Shown piece after piece: positions 14,642 to 41,673 of a DNA stretch of 64,000 nt. Source of the stretch: Chrysomallon squamiferum. Lineage: Eukaryota; Animalia; Mollusca. The notes under the pieces were generated by a model that was given only the letters and a program-made list of their open reading frames with translations, was not told where the DNA came from and ran no database searches. The stretch spans positions 23,622,001 to 23,686,000 of the forward strand of contig CM022679.1 of NCBI GenBank assembly GCA_012295275.1, read 5' to 3'. The position numbers were made by a program, and so were the translations under genes. Positions within the stretch are counted from its first letter, which is position 1; each line of letters opens with the position of its first letter.

Positions 14642-16029
14642 ATGGGCAAAGACATCTGTAAAGATAAAATAAGTAAATAAATGAATTACATTTCATATCT
14701 ATACACTTCTACGTCTTAAGCTTCCTAAACTAGTACTACTAGTATACTACCATCTCAACTAATACCTATTTTCTACATACTAGTATCGTTCTAATAATAA
14801 TGACAACGACGACGATGATGATATGAAATAATATTTCTCTCTCACGCACACACACAACACTCTCCAGCAATGTCATTACTGTCTTACACTAAACATTACT
14901 GAGTCGGTTTCAGAAGAAAAATACCCGTTTGATGTTTAGCTGGTTGCCCTGCACACTATATTTCATATAATCAGAAGATCCATACTAATTTTGTTGGACG
15001 CTTCGTAATTTGTGTTTTCCTCTTCGCCAGTATAGTAATGTTTATCTATTACTTGTTTGGAAAACGTCGCGTGTTTTGTAAGCATTTTTTTACGAAATAC
15101 GTCACAAAAAATGTCTTGACGTCAAAACGTTGTGTTAGTTATTGTAACATTTCGTTTCTGATCTGAAATACTATTATTTAAGCATCGTTTGGAATCCATA
15201 ACCTTACCCCACTCCACGAATCGTATTGTATTCTGAAAGTAAATCAATCCACAATATGGTATCACTTTTTCCTTAATTCTGGATAATCTCGTTGGAGTGG
15301 TTTAAGTTACCATACTTTAATTTCCGAATGGTAACGAATAAATAATTGTAACGTTTCGACAGTTTTCCGAAAATATTTGGCTAAATGGCTTATTAGATCT
15401 ATATAATTTCTCTTTTTTTTTTTTTTTTTTTTGAAGCTCTTTAACATGTAAATGTAAATTTGTCATAAATAAATAAATAAATAAATACACAAAAACAGTT
15501 ACTAGAATTACCCTTAATTAATAATAATATTTTAACATTTCATATGGACTCTTAAAAAATGATTATGTTCTATTTTAGAAAAATTTAAAATACATTTAGT
15601 TATTAAATGCATATTAAATTTGCTATTGTAATGGCTTTTGGGTCAAAGTTTAACTTTTCTACATGCTGTCAGCACGTGATTTAAAAGGCCAGTAGATACT
15701 GGCATTGCACAATTAAATTTTTGATATGTCTTTTTATGCATATCTAATGGACAGTTTTTCATAAAATTATTTGTGGATGGCTTTTAGCATACAGACATAA
15801 TCTTTATGTTTAATTAAAAACTAAACTAAAGCTGTTTAAGTTTGTTTTTCGTTTTTTCGCCTATTGATATATTTTTTCCTGATGGTTTTCGAAAATTTTT
15901 ACAACAATAAATTTTATTTATTTTTTTTTTTTTTTTCAAACGTTTGTAGGCCACAATTTCTGTTTCCTTTTATTTTTTTTTTTTTTTTTTTTTACTCTAT
16001 CAGAACCTAAGTAAACAACAACAACCACA

Positions 16030-16068
<39 letters not shown>

Positions 16069-16078
16069 AATAATAATG

Positions 16079-16110
<32 letters not shown>

Positions 16111-16243
16111 CAATAAATATATATTACACTTTAATTTTGTTTTTCTTCTTTTCAGTTATCTTCATTGTCTACTTTAATCGTACACCAGGAGGTTAAATAA
16201 TAATTTTAAAAAAACTGTTGTCAGTTTAAATATCAGTCCAGAT

Positions 16244-16330
<87 letters not shown>

Positions 16331-16821
16331 ATTTGAAATCCGTATAAAGAAAAGTAAATATTTGAGTGTGTGTATCTCCATCTACCTGTCTTACTATCTG
16401 TCACTCCATCTATCTGTCTTACTATCTGTCACTCATTCTGTATGATTTTCTGTCTGTCTGTATTTCACAAATTTAAAATATACAAATTAAAAATTTAATA
16501 TTATTATTAAATAAAAGAAAATTATTTTTCAAAGTTTTGTGTTTGTTGTAATTTATTTTATGGAAATAGTTTTAAACAACAACAACAAAACAAGTAATAA
16601 ATAAATAATCTATTACAAAGTAAAAGAGAAACAAAAAGAAGAAAAACAATTTAACGGTTTTATTCATAGCAAACGCTCCGTCAAAAACTTACTGTTTATT
16701 ACTAAAAAAATTATTCCTTACTATTTAAAATTATTATTAACCTTTGTACCAACAGAAAAACTAGCAAAAACAGGAAAGGAGCTGCCATCAATATTGACTA
16801 TATTTGCATCACAGAAGAAAA

Positions 16822-16832
16822 CAAATGGCGGC
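16822..16832 (+). promoter_or_regulatory. YY1-like element (CAAATGGCGGC) upstream of MRPS34
   Basis: Matches the AAATGGCGGC motif typical of housekeeping and mitoribosomal promoters, ~100 bp before the ATG. Confidence 0.5.
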
Positions 16833-16927
16833 GCCCATACAATAGTGTTGTACAATGTCAAATTTCAATAACTTCTTTGTTAACTGAGTAGTTGGTGTCA
16901 TTTTTTGCATTATAATCATTTAACACG

Positions 16928-17849
16928 ATGCCTATCAAATATGTTGGACGATACGGATTCTTTCGTGGGAAAACCCTGCATGAAATAGCTAGAAACTTAA
17001 AACATTTTGGTGTTGGTCGAGTTGTTGCTCGAAGCAACTTTCTGCAACGTTACCCAGAAAAGAGTTTTTATCGTTTAACCAAAGTGATTCCTGATATGAC
17101 AGATACAGTAAGTACAGAAAGAAAGACATAAACAGCACGAGAACGGTGGACGATATTAGAACCAAAAGTAATAGTGCTACTGCTTCTGTAAATTGTAATA
17201 CTTATTAATATTATACCTCATTTTATTCAACTTATTGTTAGTGTTATTACTACTAGTACTAGTCTGACTCTAGTGTTACCAATTAAGCTACTACTAAAAG
17301 TAAATAACTAACCACCTAATTTGATTAACAATCTAAGTTTAATAAGACTATTATAAAAATATATTATATAAATATGAAATAATAATCCTTGGCCATTTTC
17401 CTTTCCAGTGATATGATGTTTGTTTATTTTGACCCTTATCACATTGTTTTGTACATAGAAGTGTATAATACTGCTCAAAGAACAAGTGATTTAATACATA
17501 TACAAAAGAAAAGATGTGCTTAAATGCATCTATTTTGTTAGTAGTAAAACTTTGTCAGAATTTTGTTCATTGTGATTGTTATTTCACACAAGTAGCTAGT
17601 TAACAGTAATTGTCTTTGTTTTGATTGTAGAAATGTTATGATAAATTTATAATCATTCATTTTCTTATTCCTTTTTTTGCACATTTATGTTTAAACTTTA
17701 TAGCCTATGAAAGTAAATAGCGTTTACATATTATATTGTGCCAAAAGTCTTTGTAAGCATTTTAGTGCTTTAAAAAAAAGGATGAGACATGAAAGTTTGT
17801 TTTCTTCAGTATTTTTTTAAATAAAAATCCACAAAAATAAATAACAAAA

Positions 17850-17920
<71 letters not shown>

Positions 17921-18014
17921 CTTTCCCAAAGACACAAAAATCTTTAATGTAATTTATTAAAAGTTTATTGCAAACTATTTTTATATAAAAGTTGATTTTC
18001 CTCTCAAAGTATCT

Positions 18015-18054
<40 letters not shown>

Positions 18055-18655
18055 CAAATTAGTAATAAAATAAACATTAATTATTAAAGATTAGCTTTTG
18101 GTGTTCACATAAAGTTGCTATATATTTAGGTTTTCTGAAATTTGAAACATTGGTATAACACACAAAATACATACATACATGAACACATAAATATGCACAC
18201 ATATAAAACACACACACACACAGATATACACATACACACAGACAGATATATACATGCAGAACATACACATATATGATTACAATGGAAATAATTAAACATT
18301 TTACTTAAACATTGAATTCTATTTTATAATTTTTCAGTCACTAACCCGATGCACTGCCTGGGGACTGAGAACATTTCGAGGTAACGAGTTAGGAGAGTTC
18401 AGAATTGATTCTGGTCACAAACCAGACTGGGTTCTCATTCCAAAAGAAGAAGAAGAATTGTTCTGTAAGATCGAAGCAAAGTGGAATCGGAATCAAAAGA
18501 TACCACAAGACCTGCCATGTCCCCCTCTCCTCGAAGCTCTTGTCAAGCAGGAAATGGAAGCCAGTGGAGAAGATACTTCTAAACCTATAAAATTACCTGT
18601 GTCTGTTCGTAAAGGAGTTGTCAGTAAAGAGAAAAGAGCAGAACAAAGTGTTTAG
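16928..18655 (+). CDS. MRPS34: Mitochondrial small-subunit ribosomal protein S34 (mS34), 2 exons, ~165 aa
   Basis: Exon 16928-17107 (MPIKYVGR..FRGKTLHEIARNLKHFGVGRVVARS...RYPEKSFYRLTKV.PD) and exon 18338-18655 (AWGLRTFRG...KPDWVLIPKEEE...P.PPLL) joined at a phase-0 GT-AG intron. Motifs match invertebrate MRPS34. Confidence 0.9.
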
Positions 18656-20002
18656 TAACAGTGTGTTGTTGCTACTGTGAATTACTTAATAAACTTTATA
18701 TTAAAAATGTTTTTGAAGTTATAATTTGGTGATTTGTTTAGTGATACTGTGTGCGTTAAGTATAATGGGTTTGAACAATGATTCCTGTTTTTGCAGATCT
18801 GTTTGGCTTTTTGTGTGTGTATGTGTGAGAATAAGTGCATATGTGTGTGTTTGTACATTCTCAATAATAGATCTGTCAAGGTCACAGAATGCAATCATTA
18901 CTAAACAGTTTTGTTATAACTAACTTAATTTTTTTGTTTTCTTTTTTTCTTCAGTTTTTAATTTGCTGCTTCACAGTTAATGTTTATGATGCATGCTTTT
19001 GAATATTAGATTTAAAAAAAATCTGAAAATATACAGAAAGGTTTCAGGTCATATAATCACGTTTTTTATTTTTCTTCTTTTATTATTATTTTCCTCCTCG
19101 ATCTCTCTTTATAACTTTATTTTATTTATTTTTTTATCCCGTCTGTCTCTCTAATTACTCCAGAGCAAGACAGTAAAGGTCAAAAGATTTAATTCAGTGC
19201 CCAAATGAGATGACTGTTTGAAATTCCTACCCTGTCTAAAGATTTGTTCAGAGTGAATGGACTTAACACAAAGCCGTTCATTAACTCAACCAGATGTTTA
19301 ACTGAGGCAAACAGACTATTTAATTCCTTTGCCAGTGACAGGAGCTTGCTTGGTATTCTTAGTCGCTATTCCATTACCACTTGTAATCTCGACAGTTAAT
19401 TCCATGTTTTGAGAATAAAATAAGAAAACAATAACAGACATTTTAGAACCTCGATAACATCTAGCAGAGATATAATACTAACTGTGTCAGATTTAAACAG
19501 TGGTAAAGTTGATTTGTCATCAGTTATAAATATTTGCAGAAGAGCATCACTCATTTCTAATTTAGAAAACACAAACAAGTTTATCATGTTCAGGATGAAA
19601 GGGGAACACACTATTATTACATTCATGGGATAAAGTCTATATACCTCAGTATTATTTATTATCAGCTGTTTCTTTTATATTTTCTTTTATAACCGATCAT
19701 TGAAATTTATTATATGTTGTTGAAATTACCAATAAGTCATTTTTGTTATGATTCAAGCTTGTGAAATTGTATGCACAACATCAGACCACTACAGAAATAA
19801 AGGCCAAACGATAATTTACGTTTTTAAAATATAGTTCTATAATTCTGCTATTGATTTTACCTAGAGAAATACACAACTGTCATTTACTACATTTCTCGAC
19901 GTACAGATTCGACAGTACATTGGCACCTGACTCCAATTACGGGTAATCGTTTAGAAAGTATTACTATAACACCCGCGTCATTAAAACCGATTGTGTCGGT
20001 TA

Positions 20003-20080
20003 TTTCCGCGACTTCGCTCGGCAGATGAGCCAATAGATTGCGGAGGGATTAAGAGCGATACTAACTGAAAATGGCGGGAA
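20003..20080. promoter_or_regulatory. CpG-rich promoter-like patch (E2F-like TTTCCGCG, CCAAT, AAAATGGCGGGAA) with no assigned gene
   Basis: Motif cluster in a local CpG-rich island between MRPS34 and the protease gene. Confidence 0.35.
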
Positions 20081-21093
20081 TTGGTCTTCGCAAAAGTAAT
20101 GTCTAATGAAAAATGAAAATAAAATCAAAAATATTTACTTAGTTGCTGTAATTTAAGAATAGTTTTGAGGTCAGCTGCAAATGAACAATAATTTAAAATC
20201 AATAAATAAAGTACAACAGATGGATACTATCTTGCACAAATTCGTATTTGGAAAAAAAAAAAAATATTAATAAATAGTCATTTATTTTTTATTTTTTAAT
20301 CCTAGAAAACACAACACAAAAAAAAAAAATAATCACTTTATAATTTAAAAATAATAATAATACTCATAAGTATATATGTACATACACATAAATATACATA
20401 CTTTTATATCCATTTAAATAATATGCATGTGTTTACTGATGACTTTTTAAATTATAAAGCAATGAATATTTTTGTATTGTCTTGTTTGCTCCTTTTTTCC
20501 CCTTTCAAATATGATTTAATTGAAGAAAGTATTTACACACATTTATGTAATTTTATTTTAATTTGGCTAATATTGGAAAAAAAAAAAAAAAAAAAATTTC
20601 TAATATCATCTATAAGTATTAATATGATAAATATGTGGGGAAGACGAAATGAGAAAGTGGAGGTTGAAGAGATAAATTCCTTCTCTTTGTCGTACGGTTT
20701 CTATTAAACAAACAACAGTTAGCAGGCCATCCATTAAAGTAGGCAAACTTAAAAACAAGAACATCACAATTCCATTACACTCCACCGGCTCGTAAAGTTA
20801 CATCGGTCCCTGGGTGATATTCGAGCGCCTGGAATTGGCGAATTTAAAACCAGATGGTGGATAAGTTAGTGAAGTTTGGAAGTACGACGTAGAAATGGTT
20901 CGTTTTTAACATAAATATGTTTTTGACTCGGTTTATAAGCGAATCACAACTGAGATGACGTAGAAAAAGCACTCTGCAATGAAGAGTTGGTAAATGTGAT
21001 TATTTTCTCTACAACAGTGAGAGTAATTACAGACAGAATTTGTCGTAGTGTTGGTTCTACGTTGAGAGATAGAGAGAAAAAAGACAATTAATA

Positions 21094-33623
<12,530 letters not shown>

Positions 33624-34486
33624 TCAGACCACTTCCTTTTTCTTCTTCTTCGTGTATGTTTGACAGTGTCTGAAAACGTAAACGATAAAAAGCTGGATTT
33701 AGAAAACACACTTAGTCCATGTTTTTTAAACGTTTTCCGGCGCGAGCCACTTCTGTTTCTGAAATATTCTGACGACCCATTGTCTAGAAATTATTCCGAA
33801 AAAAAAAAATAAAAAAAAATAAATAGAAATAAAAATAAAATAATTAATAAAATTAAATAAAATAAAATAAACCTTACAAAAATATACATTTTTTTTTTTC
33901 ATGATAACTTTATTGTGAAAATAAAGACAGAAAATAAAATAGTACTAAATGATTAAACTATGTGAGTCAGAGAAAACAAATAATGTGTTGTTACATTTGT
34001 AAGACAATATTTAGGATACTCGTATTAAACTGTATTTTAAAATATTTTTTTAATAGAGCAAACAATAAATAAAGGAGATTAAGTAATCGTGAAGATCAGA
34101 AATTCGATAATAAATGTCATTTCATATAACTGGTTTATCTTATTTATTTAGAAACAAAGTAAGAATTACTAAGTAAATTAATTTCATTCACATTTATAAA
34201 GAAATGTAAAGATACAAAAAGTTTTGCTTAAAAACTCACTTTTGTATTGTAAATGTAGCTTTCATAATTAATATTCATTATAAATTCATAATCGCAATTA
34301 AAATATTTAAAATAAAACATTCAGCATTACATTTAGGTAGGCAATACCGGTTTACAGTGTTTTCATAGAGATGGGGAATAATTTTATATAAAGATTAAAA
34401 TAACTAGAGGTTTGTTATCACTAAATGAATTGTTATGATTATTACGATGATGATGACGACGATGATGATGATGATCATTATTATTA

Positions 34487-34526
<40 letters not shown>

Positions 34527-35313
34527 GTCATGGTGAATGTATATATAGAAAGAATAAAATAATAAAAATCAGTATTTTGACTTTTTTGTTTAGTAGAGTT
34601 GTCTGTTTATCCGGAGATAAAAAGAAAATCCCTTCATCAGTTTTCACCATGGATCCTCACGTATAGTGGATCAGTCATACAAGAAAATTGGTCGAATATT
34701 AATTCAGTATTCATGTATTTGTACAATAATGTATAGTAACATTTGAGAAACATTATGCACGTATGTGTGTATATGTATGTGTGTGTATGTACGTATGTAT
34801 GTATATATATATATAAAGTAAAACTTAAGATAATTAATTAGAAATACTTTTTAAAAATTGTATTTATCATGCACACATATTAATTAACTCTACATGCAAA
34901 TCAATTAGGCGATGAATATAAAGCTGGCAAAATAAACTCTCAGGTTCTTAACTCATTATTGTATACCGAATTTAAGTACAAAAAAATGTGATTGATACAC
35001 GAATAAATAAACCTTGTACTCCCAATTCCCAGAACGAAAATTTTAAATTATAAAAATAAACAAATGAACAAATAATAATGCAAACATTATATCAGAATTA
35101 TACTGAAATCTTGTTCAGGTTTATGAAGTTAATGTAAAGCCTTTGTTGTTAACACTAATAAAAGCTTCATCCATGAAATAAATATACATGCATTATTATT
35201 TTCTAGTAAGCACTCGTTTCTTATTCTACAGCAGGCTGGACTAAACTTAATATTTCTTAATACATTTAGATAAAATTTCATCGCCTTCGAAATAACCAGC
35301 ATTACTGAATAAG

Positions 35314-35356
<43 letters not shown>

Positions 35357-35783
35357 TTTATTTGTTTATTTTATTTTATTTTATTTTATTTTATTTTTGT
35401 TTCAAGGGAGATAAGTAATGAGGGCGAAACCTATTATTTTTCGTTTCTGTTTTTTCATTCCGAATGCAACAGTATGTAAGTGGGCGTTTTCTCCCAGTAA
35501 CCTTGTACTGCGACAGACACGCCCCCTGGCTTTTTAAGAGAGCGTGACTGTCGCAGGCGTGCTTCATAGTAACTTGCTGTGATTAACACGTTAATTCTCC
35601 CACCCCCTTATTCCCACTAACCTGTGCCCCAAATTCACTCCCAAACAACCGCCCATCAATAACCTCCACATTAGAAAAATGTTGATGACATTAAACAGAG
35701 CGCGCGTTAAAGGATCGATAACACAGCGTTTATACATCTAAATATAGATATATTAATATGCATGAATAGCAGTTAACACCGAC

Positions 35784-35826
35784 TTCTTGGAAAAATAAAC
35801 TTTCTGTTTCTTTTTCGGGGTATAAA
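35784..35826 (+). promoter_or_regulatory. vWA gene core promoter: GAS/STAT site TTCTTGGAA (35784-35792), ISRE-like AACTTTCTGTTTC (35798-35810), TATA box (35821-35826)
   Basis: The three motifs lie within 45 bp, ~130 bp upstream of the ATG at 35953. Confidence 0.6.
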
Positions 35827-35952
35827 GTATTTCCTAATACTACAGCAGGTAGTGTCTTGAGAAGTTGTCCATTTGTTAAAATTCTTTATCACAGCTTGAT
35901 TTCAGCAAAATTCTTAAATAAATTTGTTTTATAAAAAGTGGTCTATTTCGCT

Positions 35953-37617
35953 ATGGCCCCTCAGCTTGATATGGTTTTTGTTATGGATTGCACAGGTAAG
36001 TACAGATAAAATATTTTTATATACTGAGCAAAAGCTTTTACCATTTAATTCACAATAGTTTTCTTTTCCTTTTTTTTGTTTTGTTTTCGTTTTGTTTTGT
36101 TTTGTTTCATATATAGGGTATATGAGAAAAAACCTGTAGTCTACATGCAATTTTATAAATAATTGTTAAGTGCTTAAAACTTTTTTTTTCTTATCACCTC
36201 ACAAAATATATACAAATTTTTCTTTAATCATATAATGAAATGTTATAAAACATTCTGCATTCAGTAGAGGACATTATGAACAAATTAAGGCAGGCATCAT
36301 CAGAAATACAATCAGCAAACTCCAAAATTTAGTTTACTATGGTAGTCAAAAAAGTTATAAAATATTGGTGTAAAGTTTCTTTACTTCATTATTAGTTACA
36401 ATAATTGTTGGTGGGACAAAATGTTTTGTAAAGTTATGAAAGAGAATATATTCATATGTGCTTAGGTAAAATTGTGTGTCTGTGTGATCATGTCATGCAG
36501 TTATTTTCCATTTACCAGCTAAAAGTTGTTATTGTTAACTTCGTCCACATTTTGTTTTTTAATTTTGAGATTTTTAAAATGTGTTAAATGTTTCTAAAAA
36601 CTATCTTATCAGAATGTTTTGTTTGAAAAATATAAAGAGCAATAAAATAAAAAATTAATTAAAGTATTGATCTTGTGCACTTGCTTTGTAGGTAGTATGG
36701 GTTCATACATACAAAATGCAAAAGATAATATTGAGAAAATTGTAACAGCTCTTGTAGCTGAAGAGGACATTGATGTTCATTTGGGGCTGATTGAATATCG
36801 AGACCATCCTCCTCAGGACACTTCATTTGTAACCAGAATGCATCATTTTACCAGTTCTGTCAGAGAGATGAAGAGTTGGCTTCAGGAATGTTCTGCCTCT
36901 GGTGGAGGAGACACACCCGAGGCTGTAGCAGATGGCCTTAATGATCTTCTGAAAATGACATGGCGACCCAGATCAACAAAGATAGCAATACTAATAGCTG
37001 ATGCTCCACCACATGGATTAAATAAATCTGGTGATTCATTTCCTGGTGGCTGTCCTGCAGGTCTTGATCCACTAGCTGTTGTTCGAAAGCTTGCCGAGCA
37101 GGCAATTACACTCTATGTTGCTGGTTGTGAACCTGCTTTAGTATCCTGCAGAGAATTTTTTACAGGCCTTGCATATGCTACAGGTGGTCAGTATGTCCCT
37201 CTAGCTGGGGCACAGGCTCTGACACAAATTATCATTGGAGGAGCCAAAGAAGAATTGTCTCTGGATCGATGGATGGATGACATCAACAAAGAAGTTATGG
37301 AAGAAACTGCTAATGTGGATGACTACGACGAAGAAGAATTAGCCGCAGTAATCCATTCTAAGCTGGCAATTAAAGGCTGCAAGGCAAAGAAGTTAACAAG
37401 AAATGCAGAGGGTATGGGTTCAGTTAGTGAAAAAGCAAAGGCCATTTCAAAAATGTCCTCAATGTCTGATGTACCTTCAGCGCCAGCTGGTGGTGAAATC
37501 CCTGTTTCTGAGGTTGCCCATGGTGATGTCTATGAATGTGTTGAAGATACACTTGATATCTCACAGGTGAAAAGAATGGTCAAGAAGTCTGTGGCCAGGA
37601 ACAAAGAAGCTCTCTGA
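35953..37617 (+). CDS. Stand-alone von Willebrand factor A (MIDAS) domain protein of the alpha-kinase-associated (vwkA-like) vWA type, ~322 aa, 2 exons
   Basis: Exon 35953-35995 (MAPQLDMVFVMDCT-G) and exon 36692-37617 join to give DxxFxxDCTGSM. Also YRDHPPQD, GGGDTPEAVADGL, WR...KIAILIADAPPHG. No signal peptide and no kinase domain. Confidence 0.9.
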
Positions 37618-40600
37618 GATTATCATCAGGTGAAGACTTTTATTGAGTTATCTTGTTTTTTGATGATTGAAGTCTATCTCTCTCAAAAACACTGTATATT
37701 TATAAATTGTACTTTATTACAAAGTTATTGGTGGAAACTACTGTCTAAATAAAATCCTTTTGTAATAAACACATTTAAAATATTTCAGACCATAAATATC
37801 AAAAGAGTAAAATAATGTTTTAAATCAGTGTAAAATAAAACTGTTTTATTATTATTATTATTATTACTTAATAATCATTCTTAATTTTTTCAGAAGGCAA
37901 GACTTCTGGATAGCTGGAAGTTGTGATGAAATTTGTAAATATCATTCTTGCTGCATTTCCTAATGATTATACATACTTTAAGATATTATTACATTAGAAG
38001 GTAAAATCTGATCACTGTACTAGACATTTTGGATACACCAAGTTTATGTGGAAGACAAAAATAAATTGAAAATTGTCATTAGTTTACTATTTATGCTACT
38101 ATTTTTATTTAAATAATTTGGTATACTATTATATGCTGATTTTGGAGGACGCATGGGTGTAAATATGGAATGGCAGTATTACATATTAACAAATAAAATA
38201 TAATTTTTTTTTTTTAAATGCTTAAGAGAGTTTTTTCAGTTCTAAAAACTAGCGTATCATTTATTAAAGCCCAAAATTAATTTTGTTGTTTAGAAAACAG
38301 TTTTGGTTTTTGAAATTGTAGTTCACAGATAAATTAAATAATGATTCTGGAGTAAGCTATGATAAAGTGTACATACTGGCCCCATGCCTTTGTTAAATGT
38401 TTTTAAGTAAGGCCAACTGGACAGCTTAAGCAATATTTCACATCTATCGCTTCCAATTTCTAACTTAGGTCATCACATTAGTTTTAGTTTTTTATGTTGT
38501 CATAACAGTTTTTTATTTTCTCCATGTATTTTTCATTTCTTTTATTATTATTATTTGTTTTAGATTTATTTTTAATTGCTTCTGCACAGGAATTACTTTA
38601 TTAATAAATTGCTAATAATTAATAAATGTTATCGGAATAAAATTTAGTGTTTCTTTGAAAGGAATCTAGACAATTTATTACAGCTGTATGGCATGTTTCA
38701 TTATTAACATTAAAAACTTAGTAGCCTGAGATGTCTGAATGTATTATTAATAAATGTATTTTTTTCATGCAGATAATATAAGTATTACAGCATCATTTAT
38801 TTCAACAATCTTGACTTTCTGACAAGTACAAGATACCTTGTAAAAGCATGACAGATAACAAACCTGCTATATCATATATATTTATCATATGCATACACAG
38901 AATTAATGCTAATCAATGATTTCTTTTAAATTCATTTAATTTTTAAAATTAGTTTCAGAGTTTCATCTTTAAAAAAATAAAAGATTAACCTTAGCATATT
39001 TATGTATTGTTGTTTGTCTTAAAAATCAATAGTAATGCATCTAAAATATTTTGTTCCTTTTTTCCTTTCAATTCTAATATTAATAAAAAAAATAATGAAA
39101 CGAGGTCGTTTGCATCATTTTACAAAAGCCGATTAGATTCATCTTTAAAAAGCAACTGTGAAATCCCAGATTGAGCTACTGCTGCTGTCAAGCTCTCTGA
39201 CAGGTCAGGAGGGCGTGTCTATTGCAGGATGCCGGAGAAAATCTCATTGGCTCTGTATACTGTAGTATAGTTTGCAGACACTGCTATTTATCGGTGTTGT
39301 TACTTTGTCAGAGAATGTGGCTGTTGCAGATATGCTGCACGACAGCTTAATCAGATTAGCGCGTTAATTTTCTCACTTACTCATTCCATTTCCGATTTAC
39401 GAAAATAATCAACGGTTTATCAGACTGTCCAAACGATGGCAAGATTTAATTGATTGTAATTTAAGGATATTAAAAAATATTATGTAACGGTGATGAAATA
39501 TAGTTTAATCGTTTTAGAAAGGACAGAGATCACCCAACGAAGACGAAAATATGTTATGAGCCCGAAAGTACAGCCAAACGATTGATATTTAGCTGTCCGA
39601 AACATAATTTCAACCTATTGATCTGCTGTGTTTTTCCCTTGTAGTCAAATAGTATCTAAGTATGTTAACAAGAATGTTGAAAGCACTAATGATTGACTGG
39701 AAACTGATTATAAATGGGTGATTGTGAGAACCTGTGGGCCACAGCATGGAGAGAAAGAGACCAGATACAGAACACAGATCCCTGAACAATGTTATATTTT
39801 GGTAGTTACAGTAACATGTCCTAAAAAACAAATTAATAAACATATAGGCTAATTAAATATTTGAAATTGTAGACATTTGTCAGCAATAACTCACAAATGC
39901 TTCTTTCAAGAATTTCAGTTTGAACATTATTATTGAATCCAAAACAAATCTAGACAAAGGTGGACAAAACCCTAACATATTTTTGCAGGTGTTTTAGATG
40001 TGGGCTGTAAGATTAGGAGTGACTGGACTTTCTCTGTGTACACATAGAGATATATGCCTCTGCAGAGTGTAGGTTTATAAGCAATTTTCCAACAACTAAA
40101 GGTATTGATCATTTCTTAACTTATTGCATTTATTTTAAAATGTTACATATCAAAAATTCTCACAAGTAAGCCTGAATATTAAATATATTTGAATGTACTT
40201 CCAGAATGGTAGTCAACTAAAGAGAAGACAAGGATGAATTATATTACTGAACACAAACAAAAGTAGTCAATACTTTCTTGCAGAAAAGGTAGACTTTTTA
40301 ATACAGATTTGTTCAGTGGATTGCTTTTAAGTTGCTGTTATTTATAAAATGTGTAAAATCTGTAGTGAAGGTTCTGTCCACATTCAGTATTAGTGGTTGA
40401 GGTTTTGTCGTCTTACTGGGTGTTGCTAGGGCTAAACCACTGACAGCAAAAACAAAAGTGTAATGAATTTACATTTTGTTTCCTTTTTATATTATAATCT
40501 TTAAATAATTATATACATCTTTGATATGGTTACGACACAAAATGTCAGAAGAAATTTCAATGATGTTATGGATCTTTCAGGGGCCATAATGATACCATAT

Positions 40601-41673
40601 AAATATACCATACTGTCAAGTGTTGGTCAAAGTATGCAGCAGTGATATTGTTGTAGTATGCTCTCAAATCTGACAATGTAACAATACATTCACCAGTGAA
40701 GTTCTGATAAAATATGGTTTTGAAGGAAGCAAAGAAAAATGAATGATAGAACTTCAGTAAACACTAAAGTATGTTTTACTTACATTTATTGACTCTGAAC
40801 ATTTTCCTGGATTTTAAAGATACTTAACTTTGAAATGTTGGACATATCATAAGTGTTAAAGACATGTCAGAATAAGCTTTGATCCAACTATGCAGCTATA
40901 ATTTGAAAAAGTAGCTCCTTTGCAATTTTAAGGAAAAACATTTTAAAGCTAAAATTACTGGGCAAATAAACAGTATTTTATGTTTTGTATGAAAAAAGCA
41001 AAAATATTCACACCATAGATAATATTACATGAACTGTTAACTTCACTGGATGTGGGGTCCAATTTTCATAAACAATTCTCATTTATGACTGTAACTGGAA
41101 TATTACCTATATATTTATGTACATCACTGTCAGCTGCAACCATTGGAAGAGTGTGTGATTTCCTCTAAACTTCCATCTCATTAAGCTAATAAAAATTTAA
41201 GGCCATTTTATCATCAATGGCTTAACTCACATGGATGAATTTTTGAAATTAAGTAACTACAAGTATTTAGTGACTGCCTAGGTAAATGCAGGTGCTTTAT
41301 TTTCAACAGTATCAACATCTGAAACTGAAACAAAAAATCTTAATTCATAATTGCATGTTTTTTGTATAGAAATCTGCAAATGTATTAAATTTATGTCAAA
41401 TGTTTACTTTTTAAGAAAGCAGTTTACCATTAAAATAAATAATACCATGAAACATGATAATGGCTGATATTTTACAACTGTAACTTTTGTTTTAATTGAA
41501 ATTATAAAGTTTTATTAGTGACTACATTTTTATCTTATAATTAATGACAGTGACTTTTATGAATTACTGGTTTTTCAGAAACCATAAATAGCTCAGTAAA
41601 TTATGAAATCCTACAGTCAAACTGTGATTATACAAACATACTGAAAATTATAATGAACGAGAAATATTAATAT

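Noticed and set aside
14480-15232. Additional splice-like segments around the GON start (14480-14520, 14888-15161, 15208-15232)
   Set aside because: Out of phase or containing stops; at most 5'UTR exons.
19396-19626. Faint resemblance of SPFILNM...IFITDD to reverse transcriptase motifs
   Set aside because: QG and YADD motifs are not really present; too weak to call a LINE.
39100-39610. CpG-containing island between the convergent vWA and TerD genes, possibly a MITE or enhancer
   Set aside because: No terminal inverted repeats, target-site duplication or ORF could be identified by eye.
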